A DNA stretch of 64,000 bases from Dehalococcoidia bacterium (GTDB lineage: Bacteria > Chloroflexota > Dehalococcoidia > Bin125), in the NCBI GenBank assembly GCA_965116225.1, contig OZ220495.1:2340670-2404669 (forward strand), read 5' to 3'. Numbering within the stretch: position 1 is the stretch's first letter; each line of letters starts with the position of its first letter. The notes under the pieces are model-generated. The model was not told the DNA's origin. It saw nothing but the letters and a program-made list of their open reading frames with translations, and ran no database searches. A program made the translations under genes and the position numbers. Shown in pieces: positions 26,663 to 36,062 of this stretch.

Positions 26663-27178
26663 ATGACCACATACAGCAAGCGTCCGAAGATGGCACTCAA
26701 GGATGGCGTTAGCTACGGTGCCACGATTGAGATGGAGGACAGCGAGACGATCGAGATCGATCTGCTGCCCGACATTGCGCCCGAGCATGTGAACTCGTTC
26801 GTCTTTCTTGCCAACGAGGGCTACTACGACGGCGTCACCTTCCATCGCATCATCCACGGGTTTATGGCGCAGGGCGGCGACCCGTCTGGACGCGGCAGCG
26901 GCGGCCCCGGCTACACGTTGCCGGCCGAGTTCAACGACACAAAACACGTCCGCGGCATTGTCTCGATGGCGCGCACTAGCGATCCTAACTCGGCGGGCAG
27001 TCAGTTTTTCATCGTGTACGCTACAGCCGATTACCTCGACGGTCAGTACACTGCCTTTGGGCGCGTAACGTCGGGGATGGACATCGTCGAAGCGTTCCCC
27101 GAGCGCGACCCGCAGCGCGCCCGCGAGCCGGGTCCGCGCATGAAGCGCGTGCGGATCACCGAGTCGCAGGTGTCATAG
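26663..27178 (+). CDS. Cyclophilin-type peptidyl-prolyl isomerase
   Basis: FHRIIHGFMAQGGDP, SMAR, SAGSQFFI, LDGQYTAFG. GGAGG RBS. Confidence 0.92.
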   Translation: MTTYSKRPKMALKDGVSYGATIEMEDSETIEIDLLPDIAPEHVNSFVFLANEGYYDGVTFHRIIHGFMAQGGDPSGRGSGGPGYTLPAEFNDTKHVRGIVSMARTSDPNSAGSQFFIVYATADYLDGQYTAFGRVTSGMDIVEAFPERDPQRAREPGPRMKRVRITESQVS

Positions 27179-27207
27179 CCCAACGCATCTTGCTGAGACC
27201 TCGCCTG

Positions 27208-27459
27208 ATGTCCTCGCCGCCGCCTGAGATTCCGAAGATCCCGCCGCTTGCGGTTGTGCTCCGCGTGGTCTCGATTCTCGGCATGGGGTTGGCCTGCTCC
27301 GGCTTCGTGCTGGCGCTGGTCGCAGCCGAGTGGTGGTGGGCGGTGGGCACTGGTGCCGCCTTCGTGCCCTTCATGATGATCATGGGTATCGTCGACCGTC
27401 TTATCCCGGACGTATCGGAGTGGACCGCCGAGCACGCGCTGCCTCGGGATCAGGAATAG
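27208..27459 (+). CDS. Small two-TM membrane protein, unknown function
   Basis: Two hydrophobic segments, co-oriented just after the PPIase genes. Confidence 0.6.
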   Translation: MSSPPPEIPKIPPLAVVLRVVSILGMGLACSGFVLALVAAEWWWAVGTGAAFVPFMMIMGIVDRLIPDVSEWTAEHALPRDQE

Positions 27460-27547
27460 CGCAGGCATCTACTGCTGCCTGTATTGCTGTGACAGTACCC
27501 GGCGATTCCGGGATGTGCGCCCGTCGAGATGCTTCGCCGAACCGACG

Positions 27548-27970
27548 TCAGTCGTCGATTCGCGCTGTTGCTGAACCCTTGACGACCTCGGCACCATCCT
27601 GGTTCACGGTAGAGACCGACAGGTCGACCAGGTTGACGCCGTCTTCTTCGCGGATCGCCTCGATCGTCGCCGTCGCGGTCAACGTGTCGCCCGGCCAGAC
27701 CTGGCTGACGAAGCGGACGCCGTACTTGGTCAGGCGTCCGTCGCCGACGTAGTCAGTCAGCATCTTGCCGGTCATGCCCATCGTCAGCATGCCGTGCGCG
27801 AAGACGGTAGGATAACCGGCGATCTTGGTCGTGAAAATCTCGTCTGTGTGCAGTGGATTGTAGTCGCCCGACGCGCCGGCGTACTGAATGATCTGGGTGC
27901 GGGTCAGGTTCTCGACCACCTGCTCGCTGTGCTGATCGCCGACGTTGAGGTTCGCCTTGCTCAGAGCCAT
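27548..27970 (-). CDS. MaoC-family (R)-hydratase/dehydratase, hot-dog fold
   Basis: YAGASGDYNPLH, AHGMLTMG, RFVSQVWPGD. Start trimmed to MALSKA. Confidence 0.9.
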   Translation of the reverse strand: MALSKANLNVGDQHSEQVVENLTRTQIIQYAGASGDYNPLHTDEIFTTKIAGYPTVFAHGMLTMGMTGKMLTDYVGDGRLTKYGVRFVSQVWPGDTLTATATIEAIREEDGVNLVDLSVSTVNQDGAEVVKGSATARIDD

Positions 27971-28029
27971 GTCGCTCGCCTGTTCGCTATGTTCACTATG
28001 TCTGCAGGATTCGTTCAGTCCCGCGACGG

Positions 28030-28515
28030 TTATTCGACCACTCGCGATGTCTGCACGCCGACCGAGCGGGCCGTCACGACCAGCACGTCGTCCTGGTTGT
28101 AGTACTCCGTGATCGACTCGTTGAAGCGCAGCGTGCCGCCTCGACGGCCCTCTCGCTCCCAGATCTTGCCCGGCTTGTCGATCGCGCGGAGCGTGTCGCC
28201 GGGCTGGATGGGGGCGTGATACTCGTAGTGCTGCTCGGCGTGGAATCCGGTCCCGCCTCCGTCGCCCGACGACTCGCGCTGGATGCCGGTCGGCTCCTTG
28301 CCCGATCCGAACCAGGGTTCGCCGATCACCGGTCGCAGGCTGTAGCCCTCGGTGAACTGCGCCGACGCCTGCACGAACGTCGGCGGCGGGATGATGTGCC
28401 CCGGCTCGGTCGCGGCCGCGGATTCGGCGTCGTAGTAGATCGGATTGGCGTCGCCCACGGATCGGGCGAACAGCATGATGTGCCCTGACTCTATCGGAAA
28501 GTGATCGGTCGCCAC
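28030..28515 (-). CDS. MaoC dehydratase N-terminal-type hot-dog subunit (partner of the downstream MaoC)
   Basis: FARSVGDANPIY, PPPTF, HAEQHYEYHAPIQPGD. Confidence 0.85.
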   Translation of the reverse strand: MATDHFPIESGHIMLFARSVGDANPIYYDAESAAATEPGHIIPPPTFVQASAQFTEGYSLRPVIGEPWFGSGKEPTGIQRESSGDGGGTGFHAEQHYEYHAPIQPGDTLRAIDKPGKIWEREGRRGGTLRFNESITEYYNQDDVLVVTARSVGVQTSRVVE

Positions 28516-28609
28516 GAGTGGTCCTTCCTACTCCTGCTGGCCTGTGATGTTCGTTTCGACGATAGCCTAACGGACATCCGTCGTTGGTTCGAAACGAGGG
28601 CGTTGGGCT

Positions 28610-31045
28610 ATGACCAAACCATTTGCCGATTTGCGAGTTGTGGAACTGGCAGGATCGCATGCCGGGGCGTTTGCTGCCAAGATGTTCGCCGACTACGGCG
28701 CGTCGGTCGTCAAGATTGTGCCGCTCGAAGGCGATCCGCTCGTGCGACATGGCGAGATCTTGCCGTTGCATGCGCTTGGCGAGGAATCAGTCGGCTCTGT
28801 ATGGGCCTTTTGCAACACCTCCAAGCTGATACTGGCAGGCGAAGTGGAATCGGATGAGGTTGCGGAACTGGTATCGCGTGCGGATGTCGTCATCGAGAGT
28901 TCGGCGCCCGGTCCGCTCGCGCCGACGGCCTGGACGATCGACGCGCCGCAGCTCATTCGAGTCCTGATCACTCCGTTCGGCCTCAGTGGACCATGGTCGG
29001 AACGCCGCTCGAACGTATTCACCGACGATGCCGTCAGTGGTCACATGTATCTCAACGGCGAACCCGATCGTCATCCGTTCCGTCGGCACGGACGGCACAC
29101 GGAATATTCGGGCGGTATGTACGGCTTCATCGGCGCGCTGGCGGCGCTGATCGCGCGCGAGTCGAGCGGTCAGGGGCAAACTGTCGAGATCGCGCACCTG
29201 GAAGCGATGGTCGCGATGCACCAGCACACGACTACGATGTGGACGCACGCCGGGCACACGCTGAGACGTGAGGGCAACGCCCAACCAGGCGTCTGGCACC
29301 CCGCCGGTGTCTACGAGTGCGCCGACGGCTTCGTGTTCCTGTGTCACTCTACTGGCGCCAAGCTGGAGCCGTTTCTGCAAGCCGCCGGACTCGGTCACAT
29401 GCTGGAGGATCCGCGGTTCGCCACCAATGAGTCGCGCGGTCGCAACAAGCGAGCCTTCGATGAGGCGCTGCGCCCCTGGTTGATGGCGCGTACATCGGCA
29501 GAAATCTGCTCGTTGGGCGAAGCGACGTTCTCGCCAATGGGGCCTGTCCTGGACACGCATCAGTTCCTCGCCGATCCGCATATGGCGGCGCGAGAGTTCT
29601 TCGTCCCGCTCGACGAGTCGCGTGGCGACGAGCGCATACCGCGTGGCCCATTTCGTCTCGGTACCGACTTCGATGGGGCGACGCCTCAACCACCGACGGA
29701 GATCGACGCGCGTGGGTTGCCCAACTGGCAACCCCAACGTCCGTCATCACCAGCTGCGAGATCGCTCGACGACGGCCCGTTGACAGGCCTCCGCGTCCTC
29801 GATCTGACCCGCGTCTGGGCTGGTCCCGTCGCCGGCAGATTGCTGGGCGATCTGGGTGCAGACGTCGTTCATATCGAGTCGCCCTGGAATCGGGGCCCGC
29901 TTGAGGCACCCGACGATCTCGCTGAACTGACCCACACCTTCCCCGACAACGAACTGGGCGAGCGCTACTGGAATCGCAATGGAGGATTCAACAAGCTGGC
30001 TCGCAACAAACGGGGCGTCTCTATCGATCTCTCCACGAACGACGGACGGCAGCTGTTCCGCGAGCTGATCATGGTGTCAGATGTGATCTTGGAAAATTAC
30101 TCGCCGCGCGTATTCCCGCAGTGGGGTCTGGACTGGGACTCGCTGCGGCGGCTCAACCCGTCGATCATCCATACGTCAATGCCCGGCTATGGCGCGCGTG
30201 GGCCGGGCGCGAACCGGGTTGCACTTGGGCCGGTGATCGAGGCTGCCACCGGGATGACGATGATGTCCGGTTACGCAGATGGCATCCCCTATCGCTCCGG
30301 CGTGGCCTGGCCGGATCCGGTCTCCGGTATGAGCGCGGTCGCCGGGACGCTGGTCGCGCTCTGGCATCGCTTGGCTGCGAATGGCGAGGCGCAACAGGTC
30401 GAGACGGCGATGATCGAGTCGATGGGCACATTCGCCGGCGACGAATTGCTATCCGCGCAGATCGTCGGTCAACCGCCGCCCCGTCGCGGCAACCGTGAAC
30501 CGGGCGTCGCGCCGCAGGGCGTCTACCGTTGCCTCGGCCATGATCGCTGGATCGCCGTGTCGGTGACATCCGACGCCGAGTGGGCGTCCCTGTGCGATGT
30601 CGCCGGTTTGCCGGTCGCTTGGCGGCGCTGGGAACTCTGGGAGCGCAAGTCGCGTCACGACGAGATCGACGCGACGCTCAGTATTTGGAGTCGGGCGCTG
30701 TCTCCCGTCGAAGCGGTCGACCGCTTACAGAGCTCGGGTGTCATCGCCGCCGTCGTCGCCGATGCGCGCGACCTGTTGGAATCGGAACACCTCGCCACTC
30801 GACAGTTTTGGGCCGAGGTCGGCGGCGTCGACATAGGCATCCTGTCTCACCCCGGCTGCCCGATTCGATTGAGTGACACGCCAGCGACGTATCGACGCGG
30901 CGCGCCCGGCCTCGGCGAGCACAATCGCGAAGTCTTGACGGAACTGTTGGGTATCACCGAGCCTGAGTTTGCCGACTTGGCGCGAGACGGGATCATCGCC
31001 GATCGCCCGCCAAGTATGGCCGACCTCCTTCAGCCGCGCATCTAG
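28610..31045 (+). CDS. Family III CoA-transferase, two fused CaiB/BaiF domains
   Basis: LRVVEL..FADYGASVVKI, then LRVLDLTRVWAGP..LGADVVHIE, RNKRG, ENYSP, APGLGEHN. Confidence 0.9.
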   Translation: MTKPFADLRVVELAGSHAGAFAAKMFADYGASVVKIVPLEGDPLVRHGEILPLHALGEESVGSVWAFCNTSKLILAGEVESDEVAELVSRADVVIESSAPGPLAPTAWTIDAPQLIRVLITPFGLSGPWSERRSNVFTDDAVSGHMYLNGEPDRHPFRRHGRHTEYSGGMYGFIGALAALIARESSGQGQTVEIAHLEAMVAMHQHTTTMWTHAGHTLRREGNAQPGVWHPAGVYECADGFVFLCHSTGAKLEPFLQAAGLGHMLEDPRFATNESRGRNKRAFDEALRPWLMARTSAEICSLGEATFSPMGPVLDTHQFLADPHMAAREFFVPLDESRGDERIPRGPFRLGTDFDGATPQPPTEIDARGLPNWQPQRPSSPAARSLDDGPLTGLRVLDLTRVWAGPVAGRLLGDLGADVVHIESPWNRGPLEAPDDLAELTHTFPDNELGERYWNRNGGFNKLARNKRGVSIDLSTNDGRQLFRELIMVSDVILENYSPRVFPQWGLDWDSLRRLNPSIIHTSMPGYGARGPGANRVALGPVIEAATGMTMMSGYADGIPYRSGVAWPDPVSGMSAVAGTLVALWHRLAANGEAQQVETAMIESMGTFAGDELLSAQIVGQPPPRRGNREPGVAPQGVYRCLGHDRWIAVSVTSDAEWASLCDVAGLPVAWRRWELWERKSRHDEIDATLSIWSRALSPVEAVDRLQSSGVIAAVVADARDLLESEHLATRQFWAEVGGVDIGILSHPGCPIRLSDTPATYRRGAPGLGEHNREVLTELLGITEPEFADLARDGIIADRPPSMADLLQPRI

Positions 31046-31070
31046 CCATTGCGCATTCGCAGGTGAGTAG

Positions 31071-31147
31071 TGGTCGGGGTGGGCGGATTTGAACCACCGG
31101 CCTCACGGCCCCAAACCGTGCGCTCTGCCAAGCTGAGCTACACCCCG
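31071..31147 (-). tRNA. tRNA-Pro(TGG)
   Basis: Reverse complement CGGGGTGTAGCTCAGCTTGGCAGAGCGCACGG-TTTGGGG-CCGTGAGGCCGGTGGTTCAAATCCGCCCACCCCGACCA. Confidence 0.95.
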
Positions 31148-31189
31148 TCGTCTGTACTGTATGCGGCTTGGCAATCCCCGCGACCCGCC

Positions 31190-32179
31190 TTAGTTGACCT
31201 GCACCGTGCCGATCAGTTCGTTGATGTCCGTCACCCTGTTGTCGCGACAGTAGTCGGTCAGCCCTTCTAGAACTCGGATCGCCGCGAACGGATCGCGGAA
31301 CGACGCGGTGCCAACCTGCACCGCTGTCGCGCCGGCGAGGATGAACTCGATTGCGTCGCGCCCGTCAACGATGCCCCCGCAGCCGATCACTGGGATGTCG
31401 ACGGCGTTCGCGCTCTCCCAGACCAGTCGCAACGCTAGCGGCTTGATCGCCGGTCCCGTCAGTCCCGCTACGGGTCGATTGGTGCGTGGTCGGCGCGCGT
31501 TGACATCGATGCTCATGCCGACAAACGAGTTGGCGACGCATAACGCATCTGCGCCCGCTGCTTCGCAGGCGCGCGCGACAACTGCGATGTCGGTCACGTC
31601 GGGCGTGAGCTTCGCGATCACCGGCAGCGTGGTCGAGCTGACGACCGCTTCGACGACGCGCGCCGCCGCGACTGGATCGCGACCGAAGGCGACGCCGCCG
31701 ACATCCAGGTTAGGGCAGGAGATATTGACCTCAAGCCCAGAGACGCCGGGCGCGCCATCAAGCGCGCGCGCCAGCCGCGCGAACTCGTCGACCGTGTCGC
31801 CGAGCATGTTGACGACGACGGGCACGTCCCAAGTTTCCCAGACGGTTGCGACGTGGCTCAGGAGTTTGCGCACGCCGACGTTCTGGAAGCCGATGCTGTT
31901 CATCATCCCCGCGGGCGTTTCGGCGATCCGCGGCGTCAGATTCCCGCGTCGCGGTTTGAGCGTGACGCCCTTGGACAGCACTCCGCCGAGCCGATTGATA
32001 TCGAAGAATCGCGCCAGCTCCAGGCCGTTGCCCGATGTACCTGACGCTGTCATCACGGGATTGCGGAGGATCAGCTCGCGCTTGGTGCCGGGTGCCAGAT
32101 CGACGCCGAGGCTAGGCGAGCTAGACCGCGCCGACCTGGGTTCGGCGACGACGGTTGTTCTGGGAACTGTAGTGAGCAT
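31190..32179 (-). CDS. pyrD: Dihydroorotate dehydrogenase, family 1 catalytic subunit
   Basis: NPVMTASGT, NSIGFQN, EVNISCPN, KLTP, GPAIKP, GCGGI, VQVGT. Confidence 0.93.
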   Translation of the reverse strand: MLTTVPRTTVVAEPRSARSSSPSLGVDLAPGTKRELILRNPVMTASGTSGNGLELARFFDINRLGGVLSKGVTLKPRRGNLTPRIAETPAGMMNSIGFQNVGVRKLLSHVATVWETWDVPVVVNMLGDTVDEFARLARALDGAPGVSGLEVNISCPNLDVGGVAFGRDPVAAARVVEAVVSSTTLPVIAKLTPDVTDIAVVARACEAAGADALCVANSFVGMSIDVNARRPRTNRPVAGLTGPAIKPLALRLVWESANAVDIPVIGCGGIVDGRDAIEFILAGATAVQVGTASFRDPFAAIRVLEGLTDYCRDNRVTDINELIGTVQVN

Positions 32180-32268
32180 GACGCTTCTACCGCCAGTGCC
32201 ATGCCGCGGATCGGCAACGCGGTGAGGGCTGCGTCAGGAAAGACGTGGATCGGCGGAATACAGGGCGA

Positions 32269-32493
32269 TTAGTTGTCGCTCTCGCTGGCGCGTCGGCGCT
32301 TCGAGATGCCCATGTCGTTCCAGCGCGAGCGGCCCTCCTGGCGGTCCCAGATCGAGTCCTCGGACGAGTTGCGGAACTCCTTGGTCTCGCCGCAGCTGCA
32401 GACGCCCATCGACATCGGACCGTTCGGAGCCTCGATCATCCAGTGGTGGATGTGGGTGGACACTTCGCTCTTCAGACGGCTCTTCGCTGCCAT
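32269..32493 (-). CDS. Small conserved hypothetical protein, putative Zn-binding (HHW...CxCG)
   Basis: MAAKSRLKSEVSTHIHHWMIEAPNGPMSMGVCSCGETKEFRNS..., AGGAAGG RBS upstream, GC3-rich codons. Confidence 0.7.
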   Translation of the reverse strand: MAAKSRLKSEVSTHIHHWMIEAPNGPMSMGVCSCGETKEFRNSSEDSIWDRQEGRSRWNDMGISKRRRASESDN

Positions 32494-33052
32494 GAGACAT
32501 GTACCTTCCTGGGCCTGTGTAGCCGCCCCGTGGACACGACGCGCACTCTTGCAGCCCCACGTGAGCAGAAAGCTACGTACCCCTCTCCTGCCGGGCAATG
32601 CACCGGGCGACACACCTGATGACCGCCTGTAAAATGCGACACGCGCTTGTAACTGCTAGACGTATCAGCGATCGATATTGCTCCCTCTACCAAGGTGCAG
32701 TTGGCATGTCGTCCGCCAAATCCCTCCCGGTGGGGGCTGCCCGCTTGTGGTTTTCAACTCTTGCCCGCGCTGTCTCACACTATTTTGCCTATGTATGGGC
32801 TAGGATGAACGCAGCGCGGTGCGACGCCATTGAGCGACATTGTTGAATAAGGCGCGGTCGCATCCCGACGCGACGACGGACATTGAAGCCCACATACTTC
32901 ATCTTCACGCATTACATCACTGCCGAGCACCCTGTTCGTCTATTGCCGCCGCTCGCTACCGCCAACAGCGAGATCCGATGCCGTGGGCATAGGCTGAACG
33001 CGCGATGATCTGGCGTCGGCTGACGATGGGTCGAAGTGGGAAAGGGGCAGCT

Positions 33053-34123
33053 ATGGCTTTGACCGATGAGGCGATACGAGACGCGTTGCGCGGCGTGCGC
33101 GATCCGCAGCTCGGACGCGACCTGATCGCGCTGCGTATGTTCGGCGGAGCGCTGACTGACGGCGGTTCGGTCACCGTCCACCTGACGCTGCCTCTGCATG
33201 CACATCCAGCTCAAGACGAGTTGCAGGAGCGCGTTCGCGCCGCGTTGTCGCAAGCCGGGGCCGAACAGGTCGCCTTCGACGTGCGTGTCGATGTACCAGC
33301 CTGGCATGGCAATGGACAGCAGGCCGCGATCGGTGGTGTCAAGAACATCATCGCCGTCGCTTCCAACAAAGGCGGCGTTGGCAAATCCACGATCGCCACT
33401 AATCTCGCCGTCGCGCTCGCCCAGAGCGGCGCATCGGTCGGCTTGGTCGACGCCGACGCAACCGGGCCCAACCTGCCGACCATGTTCGGTCTGCCCAACG
33501 GATTCCAGGCCCAGAGCGAGCGCGGACTCCACCCGGTCGAGCGCTTCGGCGTCAAGGTGATCTCGCTGGGTTTCCTCTTGCCGCCCGGAGCGCCGGTCGT
33601 CTGGCGCGGGCCGATGATCGGCTCAGCGATTCGGCAGCTGCTGCATGATGTCGATTGGGGCGAGATCGACTACCTGCTTATCGACCTGCCGCCGGGTACC
33701 AGCGATGCGTCGATGTCGATGGCACAGGAAGCGCCGATCGCCGGCGCTGTCGTCGTCTCGACCCCACAGCAGGTCGCGCTGGAGGACGCCAGCAAGGCGG
33801 TCGCGATGTTCGAGAAGCTCGACGTGCCGGTCTTCGGCATCGTCGAGAATATGTCCTATTTCGTCACTCCGAATACGGGACAACGAGTGGAGATCTTTGG
33901 ACACGGCGGCGCGCGCGACGCCGCCGACGACCTGGAGATTGATTTCCTGGGCGAGGTTCCGTTGGCAACCGAAGTCCGCGCTGGCGGCGATGAGGGTCAA
34001 CCGATCGTCGCTTTCGACGCCGATCACCCCGCGGCCGCGGCATTTAGCGAGATTGCGACGCGGGTTGCTGTCAAAGCCGCCGCATCCGCGCTGATGCAGA
34101 CACCGACCATTCCCGTCCTATGA
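33053..34123 (+). CDS. mrp: Mrp/ApbC/NBP35 family P-loop ATPase with N-terminal DUF59-like domain
   Basis: VASNKGGVGKST, DAD..GPN, WRGPM, DYLLIDLPPGT, STPQ, GIVENMS. Confidence 0.9.
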   Translation: MALTDEAIRDALRGVRDPQLGRDLIALRMFGGALTDGGSVTVHLTLPLHAHPAQDELQERVRAALSQAGAEQVAFDVRVDVPAWHGNGQQAAIGGVKNIIAVASNKGGVGKSTIATNLAVALAQSGASVGLVDADATGPNLPTMFGLPNGFQAQSERGLHPVERFGVKVISLGFLLPPGAPVVWRGPMIGSAIRQLLHDVDWGEIDYLLIDLPPGTSDASMSMAQEAPIAGAVVVSTPQQVALEDASKAVAMFEKLDVPVFGIVENMSYFVTPNTGQRVEIFGHGGARDAADDLEIDFLGEVPLATEVRAGGDEGQPIVAFDADHPAAAAFSEIATRVAVKAAASALMQTPTIPVL

Positions 34124-34138
34124 ACAGAAAGCCGGATA

Positions 34139-35122
34139 ATGAGCAGATTCCTGAGGTGGACGAGCACGCCTGACACGTCCACCGTCGAGCAACAGCTGGA
34201 AGGTGAGACGCCCCGCGTCGCCCCGCAGCCGCCCGCAAGCGCACCACCACCCAGACCCCCGAACACCGTCGAACCGTCGACAAGGCAGACTGGACGGCGC
34301 TCTTCCCGGCGCCGGACCAACAGCAACGGCAACGGGACGTCGCAGGCTGGAGCCCCGTCGCCCGCGGCAAAGCCGACTACCCAATCCCAGTCGACGTCGA
34401 AACCGGCGTCCAAGCCGACCCCCAAGTCGACGCCCAGGCGAGCGATTCGCCGCGCCAAGCCGGAGCAACCGACAGATCCGACCACGCAGATGCTCGCGCT
34501 CCTCGAACGCCAGACCGCGCTGCTGGAACAGCAGGGCAAGACGATCGGGCAGCTGGCCGAGTCGCAGGCGCTCCTGACCGAAACGCTGCTTGGTCGTCGC
34601 AGCGAGGACGAGCCGCCCGCCCGCATCGAAGTGCTGCCGCGCCTGGCGATCTTCGTCGATGTGCCCAATATCCTCTATGGCGCGGAGTCCTCGGGCGTCC
34701 GACTGAACTGGGGCAAGGTCGCCGACTTCCTCTCGCATGGTCGCACCTTGGTGCGCGCGATCGCCTATGCTCCGATCTCCGACGATCCAACCCAGCGGAA
34801 TGAGAACGAACGCTTCGTTGTCCCGTTCCTCGACCACGGGTACCGCATCGCCACCAAGCCGCTCAAGCGGTTTAGCGGTGGCTCGGTCAAGGCCAACTTC
34901 GATGTTGAGCTCGCCATCGATGTACTCACGATGTCAGAACGCGTTGACGTGATCGTGCTTGTCTCCGGCGACGGCGACTTCCGCCGCCTTGTGGAGATCG
35001 TGGGCGCACGCGGCGTGCGGATCGAAGTGATGGCCTTCGGTAAAAGCACATCCTCCGATCTGCGTCAGGTCGCGGACCGATATATCGATATCGCTCAGTA
35101 CGCCGATCAGCTTCGCGATTAA
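34139..35122 (+). CDS. NYN-domain (LabA/DUF88, PIN-like) protein with long low-complexity N-terminus
   Basis: IFVDVPN, KANFDVELAID, LVSGDGDF, SSDLRQVADRYIDI. Confidence 0.85.
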   Translation: MSRFLRWTSTPDTSTVEQQLEGETPRVAPQPPASAPPPRPPNTVEPSTRQTGRRSSRRRTNSNGNGTSQAGAPSPAAKPTTQSQSTSKPASKPTPKSTPRRAIRRAKPEQPTDPTTQMLALLERQTALLEQQGKTIGQLAESQALLTETLLGRRSEDEPPARIEVLPRLAIFVDVPNILYGAESSGVRLNWGKVADFLSHGRTLVRAIAYAPISDDPTQRNENERFVVPFLDHGYRIATKPLKRFSGGSVKANFDVELAIDVLTMSERVDVIVLVSGDGDFRRLVEIVGARGVRIEVMAFGKSTSSDLRQVADRYIDIAQYADQLRD

Positions 35123-35164
35123 TCGGTCGCGGAGCACGGGCTCGATGCCGGTCCCACGCCCCGC

Positions 35165-36004
35165 CTACTGCGCGGCGAAGTAGCGCACGCCGTTGTGACG
35201 CGCCGCTCGCCCCAGACCGGGGAAGCTGAAGTGGCCTGAGGCGATTAACGCGTTCTCCGACTCGATCTGGTCGAAGAGCTTGTGTCGACTGGCGGTCGAG
35301 TCGGTCGTGTCGACATCCGCTCCCGGGCACCAATCGGTCTCCGTGAGCTGCACCAGATGGTGGGCGGCGTCGCCGATCACGTACGCCTTCTCGTCGCCAC
35401 TCGATACGGCGAAGGACACGTGGCCCGGCGTGTGACCGGGCGTCGGGACGGTCACTACTTCGTCGGTCAGCGCATGCTCGCCCTCGACGAAGTCGATCAG
35501 CCCCGCGTCGAGGATCGGGCTGAGCACGTTATCGTACTGCGCCCCCTGTCTGAGCTCATCGCTGCTCGTCCAGTAATTCCACTCAGACTGCTGGATGACG
35601 TGGCGTGCGTTGGGGAACTGCAGAACCGGCGCGCCATCGTTGTCCCAGGTATTCCAGCCAGTGTGGTCGAAGTGCAGGTGCGAAAAGGCGACGATGTCGA
35701 TCTCGTTGGGGGACACGCCGGCTTCCTGCATCACGGTCGGCAGCGCCGGCGGTTCTTTGAGCGGCATCGACGTCGCTCGACCGCCAATGCCCGAGTCGAC
35801 CAGGATCGTCGTGCCGTCGGAGATCACTAGCCAGGCACCCAGATTCAGGGTCAAATGACCGTTCTCATCCAGCAGGTCGCGATAGCTGTCCCAGTTAGCG
35901 TCCGTGGTCTGATTGAAGAACACCGTCGGCGGCATTGCCGCCCACGAGTCTTGGACCGCGATCAGGGTCGCGTCGCCGACATCGACTTTGTGAAACTGTC
36001 CCAT
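35165..36004 (-). CDS. Metallo-beta-lactamase-fold hydrolase (lactonase-like)
   Basis: LVDSG, SHLHFDHTG, TPGHTPGH, GDAAH, SGHF. Start trimmed to MGQFHK. Confidence 0.87.
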   Translation of the reverse strand: MGQFHKVDVGDATLIAVQDSWAAMPPTVFFNQTTDANWDSYRDLLDENGHLTLNLGAWLVISDGTTILVDSGIGGRATSMPLKEPPALPTVMQEAGVSPNEIDIVAFSHLHFDHTGWNTWDNDGAPVLQFPNARHVIQQSEWNYWTSSDELRQGAQYDNVLSPILDAGLIDFVEGEHALTDEVVTVPTPGHTPGHVSFAVSSGDEKAYVIGDAAHHLVQLTETDWCPGADVDTTDSTASRHKLFDQIESENALIASGHFSFPGLGRAARHNGVRYFAAQ

Positions 36005-36062
36005 GGGTGCCGCCTTTCCAGTGTCTGGTACTTCGGTATCCGCGTGGGCAAGGTTAACCGGA

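Noticed and set aside
27971-28771. 407-aa ORF suggesting a long N-terminal extension on MaoC
   Set aside because: The extension overlaps the real 28030-28515 gene in another frame and the CoA-transferase. The true start is 27970.
32590-32632. Possible fluoride riboswitch-like words (GGCAATG...CTGATGAC.GCCT)
   Set aside because: The required pairing is not evident and no fluoride-related gene follows. An Rfam cmscan would settle it.
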